Of a DNA stretch of 64,000 nt, positions 11,740 through 23,639 are shown piece after piece. The position numbers were made by a program, and so were the translations under genes. The DNA is from Octopus vulgaris (Eukaryota): positions 79,236,001-79,300,000 of the forward strand of contig OX597821.1 in the NCBI GenBank assembly GCA_951406725.2, read 5' to 3'. Position 1 is the stretch's first letter, and every line of letters begins with the position of its first letter. The notes under the pieces were generated by a model. It did not search any database. It had not been told where the DNA came from and worked only from the letters and a program-made list of their open reading frames with translations.

Positions 11740-14700
11740 TAGGTTGGCAATCAGTGGTGATATAGATGTAAACACCGCACATGGTGTACAGGCCGAATTT
11801 CAGATACATATTGATAGATTCGCTGGCACAACCTTACACAGAGGCAAAATGCTGATATCTGCACATAAACATGTTTGCACTAATTATTCCCGTTTATTAT
11901 CACGCACCCATATGAAGCCTGAACAACAACACATATTTTGTTCAAAGAGAAATTTTAGATTTACACACAGACATAAGAATGCAAGCACCATATCGTTCCC
12001 ATTATCTATCAACCTCTCGTATTCCCCATATCAAGTAAATGGGCACACCCTAGCAAACGCAGACACACAATCAATAAAACACATCTTTAGAAAGACGGGC
12101 GAGCGTGCTTAGAATGAAGGATGGCAGGGTATTTCAGATTTATAAAATTATCGTCAATGAAATACTAAGAAAGGAAATTGGTTCAACTTACAGTTCTCTC
12201 AAACTGGACAGATTTTGGAAGGTGTCTGATTGGATTTCCTTGATATTATTATGACTCAGGTATCTGCAACATAAAATTGAGTTAATAAGACAATGTAGAG
12301 AACATATTTGTGACGGATGTTTGCTAAACAATTAATTGACGAGATGGACGGAAAGTAGAAAATGATGATGATTAATTCCATGTAGATAATGGTGACAATT
12401 ATGACTGTGAAGGTGATGATGATGAAAGTGGTGATAAGGAGGAGACGGTGGAGGTGGAGGAGGAGGAAGATTCGATAATGGTGGTAGTAGTGTAGGAAGT
12501 AGGAGATTTTGTTGTAGAGGAAGTGATGAATATGATGATGAGGCAGTGGAAATTATATGGTAGCAGTGCTGAGGCAGATGTTATCATGCTGATGATGGGG
12601 GTGGAGTTGATTACGCTGATGTTGATGTGGATTAACATAACTATGATGATGGCGAATATGATGATGAAGAAGAATATGATATTGAAGAAGATGCGGTAAT
12701 AGTTAAGACATAGAAAAAGGAGTAACGGCGAAAACTTCTGAAGAAGAACAAAAAAATAAAGAGAAAGAACAAAGAAAACGGAAAGAAGGAAAAATAGAAT
12801 ATTTACAGAAGGAGTCTTCCATGAATAAAAGAAGTACAAATAGAACAACGAGAAGAAGAAGAAGAAGAAGAAGAAGAAGAAGAAGAAGAAGAAGAAGAAG
12901 AAGAAGAAGAAGAAGAAGAAGAAGAAGGAGAAGAAGAAGAAGAAGAAGAAGAAGAAGAAGAAGAAGAAGAATAGGTTGTAATAATTGGTGATGTAGACGT
13001 AAACACCGTACATGATATACAGGGCGAATTACACGTACATTTCGACACACTCAAAGTCACACATCCATACACCGAGACAAAAATCTGATATATGTACATA
13101 AACATGTTAGCACTATGTTACCGTTAACTGTCACGCATTTATTTATACGAAGCCTGAGGAATAGACCCCTCACACATATTCACAAATAATGCACACTTTG
13201 GTCAAAGACTGATTTTATACATACACATAAGAATGCAAGAACCAAACGACTCCCTTTTCGTACAGCCCATATCTTATAAATGCCCAAACACTAACAAACG
13301 CAAATTCACAAGAAACAAATCACATCTTTGAAAAGACGGGTAAGGATGCTTACAATCAAGAATGGCAATATATAACAAATTTAGATATATATCGTCAATG
13401 CAATACTAAAAATGAAAACTGATTTAACTTACAGGTCTGTTAAAAGGGACAGATTCCGGAAGGTGTCTGCCTGGATATGCTTGATGTTATTGTCACTCAA
13501 GTATCTGCAACATAAAATTGGGTTGATAAGAAAATGTATAGATAATAACTGTGACAGAGTCTTCGCTAAACAATCAATTGATGACGTGGATAAAACGTAG
13601 AACAAGATTACGGTTAATTCCATGAAGATGATGACGACGATGAAGATAGTGAAGACGATGATGATGATAAGAAGGGGAAGGAAGATTGGATAATGCTGAT
13701 AGTAGTGTAGGTAGTAGTGGATTTCATGGTAGAGGATGTGATGAATATGAATATGGGGAAGTGGAGAAGAATATACGGTAGTATTGATGATGAAGATGTT
13801 ATGATGCTGATGATGAGTGTGATATTAATGTTGATTATTCTTGTAATGAGCATGTCTGAGGTGATGTTGAATATGGCAGAAACGAGCTGGCAGAGTGGTT
13901 AGCACGCAGGGCGAAATGCGTAGCCGTATTTCGTCTGCCGTTACGTTCTGAGTTCAAATTCCGCCGAGGTCGACTTTGCCTTTCGGGGTCGATAAATTAA
14001 GTACCAGTAACGCACTGGGGTCGATATAATCGACTTAATCCGTTTGTCTGTCCTTGTTTGTCCTCGCTGTGTTTAGCCCCTTGTGGGTAGTAAATAAATA
14101 GAAATAGGTATTCATTATGATGATGTTCGTCGGAATGTTACTGTCGGAGTTGAATGTAATAGTATTGAAGATTCTGCATCTGATGGTGGTATTTTGGAAT
14201 GGTGAATGATGTTGATGAACTTGACGATGTCTGTGTGTGAGAAAGATAACAGTTGAATAAGTTTGATGTCGGTGATGAGGACATGGACAAAGACGTTGAT
14301 AATTATATCAGCAGATATGTTTACATCAACGTAACGTGACAGTACCCTATGGGAATTACACACCAATGTTTAGCCCTAGGAAGCATCGAACGCTTGCTGT
14401 CGGCTTTGACACATTTTCTGTGTCCTTATATTTCCTAGGGCTAAACAGCGGTGGTGTAATTCCCATACGGGACTGTCACGTTAAGTTGACAGTATGCAAC
14501 CACTCTATCACTCCACCACCGCTCATGTCTCTCAGAGACATTTAGAAATTTAATATTTCTGATATGTTTACATCGTTTTAGACGAATAAAAAAGCTGGTA
14601 AATGACAGAGAAATTAGAAAATATGAAGAAATCGGGTAAAAGAAAGGAGGAAATGCACAAGAAAAGAGAGAAGTAGGGCGAGGAGGAGGAGGAGAAGAAG

Positions 14701-14886
14701 AAGAAGAAGAAGAAGAAGAAGAAGAAGAAGAAGAAGAAGCAGGAGGAGGAGAAGAAGAAGAAGAAGAAGAAGAAGAAGAAGAAGAAGAAGAAGAAGAAGC
14801 AGGAGGAGGAGGAGGAGAAGAAGAAGAAGAAGAAGAAGAAGAAGAAGAAGAAGCAGGAGGAGGAGAAGAAGAAGAAGAAGAAGAAG

Positions 14887-14918
<32 letters not shown>

Positions 14919-16583
14919 TAGGTTGGTAATCAGTGGTGACATAACCGTAAACGCAGCATATGATATACAGACCGAATTACTCATACATTTTGATACACGT
15001 CCAGGCACACATCCATACACAGAGACAAAACTCTGATATATGTACATAAACATGTTTGCACTAATTCTTGCCGTTAACTGTAACGCACTCAATTATAGGA
15101 AGCCAGAGGAACAGGATCTCCCACATATTCACAAACAACAACGCAATATTTGGTCAAATACAGATATTGCACACACACACAGACGTATAAATGTAAGCAC
15201 CAAATTGTTATCCTGATCCATCATTCTTTCATATAACTCTTATCTAATTAATACACTCACACTAAAACACAGATTCACAAACAATAAAACGCTTCTTTGG
15301 AAAGACGGGTTAGGGTGCTTACAAAGAAGGATTGAAACATATTACATCTTCAGAAATATATCATCGAGAAAGCCTAAAATGTAAAATGATTCAACTTACA
15401 GAAGTTTTAAACGGAGCAGATTTCCGAAATCGTCTGATTGGATTTCCTTGAGATTATTTTTATTCAAGTGTCTGGAACATAAAATTGTTTTAATAAGAAA
15501 TTGTATAGAATATATTTGTGACAGAATTTTTGCTAAACAATTAGACGATGGGTTGGATGGAATGTAGAACTTGATGATGGTTTATTCCATGAATATGATG
15601 CCGACGATGGTGATGATAAGGAGGAGGAGGATAGGATATCGAAAGAGAGTGAGCATATAAGGAGGGAAAAGAACATGGATCGAAATAGAATGGGAATATT
15701 TTAAAGATTTAGTAATATAGTGTCAATGAAATAGTATAAAGAATACTTATCCAACTTACAGTTTATTTAAATTGGGAAGGTCATGGAAGGCTCCTGCTTC
15801 AATTTCTTCGATATTATTATTATGCAAGAATCTGTAACATACGAAGATGGAGAAGGTACACAAATTCATGATGTCGAATAAGAAGGAGACAAAGAAGACG
15901 TATTAGAAGAAGCAGCTACATGAAAGACGAGCGGGTATATTACGAGAGCAAAGAAAGAGGATCAACATCCACTACAACAAAAAGGAGAGGAGAAGTAAGA
16001 GGAATGAATGCAAGAGAAGCAGGGAGAGGATTATGTAAAATACAAACGAAGAAATTAGGATAAAATGAAGAATGAACGGAAGACGAAAACAATGAAGAGG
16101 AAAAAGATGATGCGGAAAAAGAATGGGAAAAAGGAAAAGGAGAAGTAGAAGAAGAAGAAGAAGAAGAAGAAGAAGAAGAAGAAGAAGAAGAAGAAGAAGA
16201 AGAAGAAGAAGAAGAAGAAGAAGAAGGAGAAAAAGAAGAGGAAGAAAAAGAAAAAGAAAATAGGAAAGAGAAGTAGAAAATAGGAGGATGAAGAAGAAGA
16301 AGAAGAAGAAGAAGAAGAAGGAGAAGAAGAAGAAGAAGAAGAAGAAGAAGACAAAGAAGAAGAAGACGAAGACGAAGAAGAAGACGAGGAGGAACAGAAA
16401 TATGAAGAAGAAGAAGAAGGAGAAGAAGGTGAAGAAGAAGAAGAAGAAGAAGAAGAAGAAGAAGAAGAAGAAGAAGAAGAAGAAGAAGAAGAAGAAGAAG
16501 AAGAAAAAGAAGAAGACAAAGAAGAAGAAGAAGAAGAAGAAGAAGAAGAAGAAGGCGAGGAGGAAAAGGAATAGGAAGAAAGG

Positions 16584-16615
<32 letters not shown>

Positions 16616-17595
16616 AGAAGAAGAAGAAGAAGATGAAGGAGAAGAAGAAGAAGAAGAAGAAGAAGAAGAAGAAGAAGAGGAGGAGGAGGAGGAGGAAGAA
16701 GAAGAAGAAGAAGAAGAAGAAGAAGAAGAAGAAGAAGAAGAAGAAGAAGAAGAAGAAGAAGAAGAAGAAGAAGGAGAAGAAGAAGAAGAAGAAGAAGAAG
16801 TAATAGTAGAAGAAGATGAAGAAGAAGAGAAAACGAAGCATAGGAAGAAAACGAATACAAAAACTAAACGAAGACCAAATGGGGAAAATGAGAGGACGAA
16901 AGAGTAAAAGAAGGACTAAAGAAAAAAGAAGGAAAAGGAGAAGGAAAGGAAGAAAAGCAATAGAAACGAGCAGTAATATATTGTGAATGAAATATTAACA
17001 ACAAGAATTATTCAACGTACATTGTTTTTAAATTTGGTAGGTCATGGATGGCTCGTACTCCAAGTTTCCGGATATTATTATTATGCAAAAATCTGTAACA
17101 TAAAAGTAGGAGAAGGTAAACAAAATCCTACTGTTGAAGAAGGAGAGGAAGAGAACTTGGAAGAAGAAGAAGAAGAAGAAGAAGAAGAAGAAGAAGGAGG
17201 AGGAGGAGGAGGAGGAGGAATTAGAGAAAATGATGATGGTGAAGAAGAAGAAGTAGAAGAGGGAAGAAGAGAAGAATAAAGGAAAAGGAGAAGAAAAAGA
17301 AGAAACGAATTGAAATTCGAAACGAAGAAAAATTATGGAGAAAAGGATGGAGAAGAAGCAGAATTCGAAAAAGAATATGAAGATAACAGAGAAGAGGAAG
17401 AAGATGATGAAGAAGAAGGAGAAGACAAAGAAGAAGAAGATGAAGAACAAGAAGAAGAAGAAAGAAGAAAAAATAAGGGTTGAACTATTAAGAAATAAAA
17501 GACGAATGATGGGGATGGGGACGAAAACGAAAATGAAGATAACAAGAGAAAGTAACGGAGATGAAGAACAGGGAGTTGACGAGAACCAACGTCTT

Positions 17596-17674
<79 letters not shown>

Positions 17675-18631
17675 GGGGGAGGGGGGCGGAGGGGGTGGGA
17701 GGAGGAGGAGGAGGAGGATGGGAGGATGATGAGGGGAGGGAGGGGTGGGGAGGGGAGGGAGGGGAGGGGAGGGTGGGGAGGGGAGGGAGGTGATGAGGAG
17801 GAGAGGAGGGTGGGAGGAGGAGGTGATGAGGAGGAGGAGGAGGAGGAGGAGGTGCTGAGGTGGAGGAGGGGGATGAAGAAGGGGAGGAGGGGCGCAAAGG
17901 AAGAAGAGCTGGAGTGATAAGAAGTTCAAGCAAGGTTGGCCGGAAGAGAAATTATACATGGACAGACACATTTACAGACACGAAAAGAATCAGGCACTTC
18001 TATCGAAATAGAGGGAACATGTTGGGAGGGAGAAGGACGTGGAGCGAAAAAGAAGGGTCAGATTTTAAAATTTAGTAATATACTTTTCAGTGAAATATTA
18101 TCAACAAAACTTATGCAACTTACAGTGTTATCAATCTCGGCAGGTTATGGAGGGCGCTTACTGCAATGTTTCCTATATTATTATTATGCAGAAATCTGTA
18201 ACATAAGAATTGGAAAAAGCAGAGAAAATCATGATGTTGAAGGAGACGAAGGAGACGATGAGTGCGTAGTGAAATAAGAGGAAAGAATAGAAGGAGGAGG
18301 ATACGTTAGAAGATGAAAAGTGGAGCAGCCAACAATACATCAGAGGCAGAAGAAAATAAAAGGAAGAGGAAGTAGGAAGAAGATGACGTAAAATACAAAC
18401 GCAGAAGTTCGGATAAAATGAAGAAGAAATACAAAACAAACAACAACAACAAAAATACAAAACGTGAAAAGGATCTAGATGGAGGACAACAACAAGAGCA
18501 AGAGAATATGATGATGAAGAAGAAGAAGAAGAAGAAGAACAACAACAACAACAACAACCACAAGAAAAATAACAACAACAAGAACAAGAAGATGATGATG
18601 ATGATGGTGAAGAAGAACAACAACAACAAAA

Positions 18632-18664
<33 letters not shown>

Positions 18665-18670
18665 GAAGAA

Positions 18671-18701
<31 letters not shown>

Positions 18702-20298
18702 AAGAAGAAGAAGAAGAAAATTTAAGAGAAAAAAGTGGAAAATAGAAGGAAACGATGACGTCGCGGTTGCTCTACAGAAAGAAGTAGACGAGGTGGCTTT
18801 GTGGAGTCAAAATGCCAGATTAACAGTAATTAGTTCTAAGTGCGGGACCAGCTTCTTCAGCATAGACAGCGCGAAATCAAAGTGGAAACCGATAACCAAC
18901 ATCAACGGAGCACCCCTAGCCCACAATCCCAACTCTAAATTCCTTGGGGTCACCTAGGACCGACAACTCACTTTCGGCGAGCATGTCAATAACATCTGCC
19001 GTACGATGCAGGGGCAAAATAATCTGCTCCGTGCCTATCCGGCACCAACCGGGGATGGCATAAAGCAGATGTCCATCAGGTCTACATTGCAACTCAACGC
19101 AGTCTAACAGAATATGCTGCGCCAGCCTGGACTCCCATGTTTCAGCCACAAACATCGGCAAACTCGAGGGACTGATCACCAAGCAAATACGCTCGACTCC
19201 TATCGAAGCTGTCATTGCAGAAGCCCAATTACCAACACTTGCACCTCGCTTTCCTACCCTCTCACTCTTCAAAGCAGATGCATGGGCAAACCTACCATAA
19301 GACGATGAGCGTTATATAGTTCTGAACACCTACACCCAGACACCACTCAAGTCAACAACTCCCAGCCTTAGCACGGCTGAACATTGTCCCCCCGTCCCCT
19401 CTCTCCAACGTACGGCATGCACCTCCGCCATCGGAAAATACCCCTTTTCTTACTGCCGTCTACACTCCCACCACGAAGTAGATGCCCGTCGATGTACATC
19501 TGTTGGCAGCTCAACAAACTCTTGCCAGCCTACCCAATTCCCCTGACGTACTCCTTTACACTGATGGCTCGACTAGTGAAGGCACAACCAACTGCGATGC
19601 CGGTGTGGTGGTGCAGATACACGATGCAGTGGTCCACGAGTGGCACGCCCCAACTGGTGCTCGCAGCAGCTCATTCCACTCCGAGAGAGCAGCATTTAAC
19701 GAAGCCCTCCGATGGCTACAGGCCAATGACAACTGGACCTCCGCAGCAACAGTCTGCGATTGCAAATCATTGGTTAAAGCTGTAGACAACCCGTTCCCCC
19801 CAGACCCGACAATTAGAGAATCGCAACAAACAGTAACTCACAAGATTTTGACGGTGATCTGGGTGCCGGGTCATTGCAACATCATCGGCAATGAACCCGC
19901 AGATATGCAGGCGAAACATGATTCGGCGCTGACACATTCGGATGCCGCCATTGATACAACCATTCGTCAGGCGGTTATTCGTTGAATGTTCAAGCCAACG
20001 CCATTTCTGCACCCGCGTCTGAAGGAGGTTTTCGCGAAGAAGCCGGATGAAAGAACCGACGCAGCCCTCTCGAAGCAGACTTCACAGACATGATACGCTT
20101 CTGTAGTGGTGGTCATCATCCGACACTCTCACGGTGGCAAAAGATGGCAGGACGCGGCGACACAGATCAATGCAGACTCTGTGAAGAGGAGGTGGAATCT
20201 GCTGAACATCTCTGGCTGAGATGTCCGGCCCTGATGGTGGCACGCTGCAGCTCTAGCCCTTCTGAGAGTTATTCTCATGCGCTAGAGATAACAAACAA

Positions 20299-20373
<75 letters not shown>

Positions 20374-21657
20374 CAGCGGTAAAGAAAGAAAAGACAGAGT
20401 GGATAAGAACAAGCAGCGTTGGACGGAACAGAAAGTATGCATTACAGCACATACTCACACACACATACACAAAGAATCACAAAACTCTATCGAAAGAGAG
20501 AGCATGAAAGGAGAAAGAAGAACGTGGAGCGAAAAAGAATGGGAAGATTTTAAAGATTTAGTAATTCATTGTCAATTTCATATTATTAACAAGTCTTTTC
20601 CAACTTACAGTGTCATCAAGCTGGGCAGATCACGGATGGCCCCTTTTTCAATTGTTTCGATATTATTATCATTCAATAATCTGTAAGATAAAAGGACGAG
20701 AGAGTAGACAAAAGTCACTATGTTGAAGGAGAAGAAGAAGAAGAAGAAGAAGAAGAAGAAGAAGAAGAAGAAGAAGAAGGAGGAGGAGCAGGAGGAGGAG
20801 CAGGAGGAGCAGGAGCAGGAAAAGAATAAAAAAGAAGGAAAAGAAGTAGCAAATGAATGGGAAGAAGACGAAGAAGTGGAAAAAGAAGAAAAATCGAACT
20901 ATGAAGACGAAAAAGAGGATGATGAGGATGTTGCTGAAAAACGAAAAGAAAGTAACAAAAATAAGAAAAAACGGAGAAAGAAAAATAAGCAGAAGAGGAA
21001 GGAAAACTACTACGTCTACTACTACTACTACTAGTAGTAGTAGTAGTAGGAGGAGGAGGAGGAGGAGGAGGAGGAGAAAGAGTAATAGTAGTAGTAGTAA
21101 CGGAAGAAGAGTCAGAGTGTAAAAGAAGAACAAGCAGGGTTGGTCAGAACGAAGAAGAAGGAGGAGGAGGAGGAGGAGGGGGAGAAGAAAAGAAGAAGAA
21201 GAAGAAGAAGAAGAAGAAGAAGAAGAAGAAGAAGAAGAAGAAGAAGAAGAAGAAGAAGAAGAAGAAGAAGAAGAAGAAGAAGAATGAGTCGAAGAAGTGG
21301 TAGAAAGACAAGTGCGGACAGAACAGATGAAGTGACTAGATTAGGAAATGAAACGAAATGGGAAGAAGAAAAAGGAATAGAAGGAGGAAGTCGAGTATGT
21401 GAAATACATCCTACGATAAAATAAAAAACACAAAACTAAGAAGAAAATGAAGAAGGAGGAGAAGAAGATGAAAAGGACGGAGAGGAAGAAGAAGGAAGAG
21501 TAGAAGATGAAAAAGAAGAGGAAGAAGAAGAAAAAGAAAGTAAAGGAATATCTGGATGTTGACGAAAAAAGAAAAGAAGGGTAGCAAGAATAAAAAATAA
21601 GGGAAATAGGAGAGGAAGAAAACCAGGAAAACAAGAAAAACTACTACTACTATTAGC

Positions 21658-21704
<47 letters not shown>

Positions 21705-23591
21705 AGTCAGAGTGGTTAAGAAGATAAAGCTGGGTTGACCGGAACAAAAAGTAGACTTGCTTAAACATGTTCAGATACACGCACGCAGAGACACACATTT
21801 TCAGACACTCACAACGTATCACACAACTGTATGGAAAGAGAGTGAGGATGCAGGGGGGGGGGGGCAAGAACGTGGAGCGAAAAAGAATGGCAAGATTTTG
21901 AAGATTTAGTAATTCATTGTCAATTTCATATTATTAACAGAAAGTTTCCAACTTACAGCGTCATCAAGCTGGGCAGATCACGGAAGATATTTACTTCAAT
22001 TTTTACAATATTATTATTTTCCAAAACTCTGTAAGAAAAGTAGAGAAGAGAGACAAATATCATTACGTTGAAGTCGTAGTCTAAAAGGACTTAGGATTAG
22101 GAGGAGAGGAGGAGGAGAAGGAGGAGAAGGAGAAGAAGAAGAAGAAGATGCAGAGGCTGGTAATCAGTTGTGATGTCGACGAAAACACCGTACGTGATAT
22201 ACAGACCGAATTTCACATATATATCGATACTCACGCAGGCACACATTCTCAGGCACACGGAGACAAACATCTGATATATATATATATATAATCATGTTTG
22301 CACTAACTGTCACTGTTAATTGTCATGCATTCATTTACACCAATCCTGAAGCACAGCTTCTCATACAGATTCACAAACAATAATACATTTTGGTCAAAGA
22401 CAGATTTTACACATACACAGAGACATAAAATGCAAGCACCAGATTGTTCACCTGATCCATCACGCTCTCATATACCCCATATCACGAACAATAAAACACA
22501 TCTTTGGAAAGAGTAGAGGGGTGCCTAGAATGAAGGATGGCAAGATATAGATTCGTGAATGAAATACTAAAAAATAAATCTGGTTCAACTTACAGAGTCA
22601 TTAAACTAGACAGATTTTGGAAGGTGTCTGATTGGATATTCTCGATACTATTAGAATTCAAGTCTCTGCAACATAAAATTGGGTTAATAAGAAAATGTAT
22701 AGAACATATTTGTGATGGATTTTTTGCTCAACAATTAGATGATGGGATGGATGGGAAGTAGAACCAGTTGATAATTCATTCTTTGAAGATGCTGGCAATG
22801 ATGACGATGGCGTAGATGATGATGATGATAAGGAGGTGGAGATGGAGGAGGATAATAGGATAATGATATTAGTAGAGTATGTAGTAGGGAAGGCTTGTGA
22901 TGTCGGAAATGATGAATACGATGATGAGCAAGTGGAAAATAATATACAGTGGGAGTTGATGATGAAGACGTTATGATGCTGATGATGGGGTGATGTTGTG
23001 AATGTTGATTATTCTGATAATGAGGTGGACTAACATGTCGGAGGTGATGGTGAATATGATATTCATTATGGTGTTGGCCGGGATGTTACTGTTGGAGTTG
23101 AAGTAATAGTGTTGATGATTCTGCATCTGATGGCGGTGGTGGTGAATATGCTGAATGGTGTTGATGACGAAGAGGACGGTGATGAAAGATAATGATTAAA
23201 TAAGTTTGATGTCGGTGATATGTTTACATCGTTTTAGACGAATAGAAAAACTGGTGAATGACAGAAATGAGAAAATATGAAGAAATCGTGTAAAAGAAAG
23301 GATGAAATGCACAAGAAAGGAGAGAAGTAGGGCGAGTAGGAGGAGGAGGAGGAGGAGAAGAAGAAGAAGAAGAAGAAGAAGAAGGAGGAGGAGGAGGAGG
23401 AGAAAAGGATGAAGAAGGAGCAGGAGAAGAATAAAAAAGAAGGAAAAGAAGTAGCAAATAAATGGGAAGAAGACGAAAAAGAGGATAATGAGGATGTTGC
23501 TGAAAAACGAAAAGAAAGTAACAAAAATAAGAAAAAACGGAGAAAGAAAAATAAGCAGAGGAGGAAGGAAAACTACTACGTCTACTACTAC

Positions 23592-23639
<48 letters not shown>

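Noticed and set aside
15940-17971. Long ORFs of 150-300 aa (poly-L/F/S/K/E/P)
   Set aside because: Translations of GAA/GGA/GTA microsatellites, open in several frames, with no domain content; the same applies to similar ORFs across the window.
940-22665. VLR-style somatic assembly from non-spliced donor cassettes
   Set aside because: Every cassette has intact splice sites, the same orientation and lies inside the gene; no recombination signals or recombinase/deaminase gene are visible. Ordinary splicing explains expression, and somatic rearrangement has no direct support.
940-22665. CRISPR-like repeat-spacer periodicity
   Set aside because: The repeats are exon-intron duplications about 1 kb apart in eukaryotic DNA; no cas genes.
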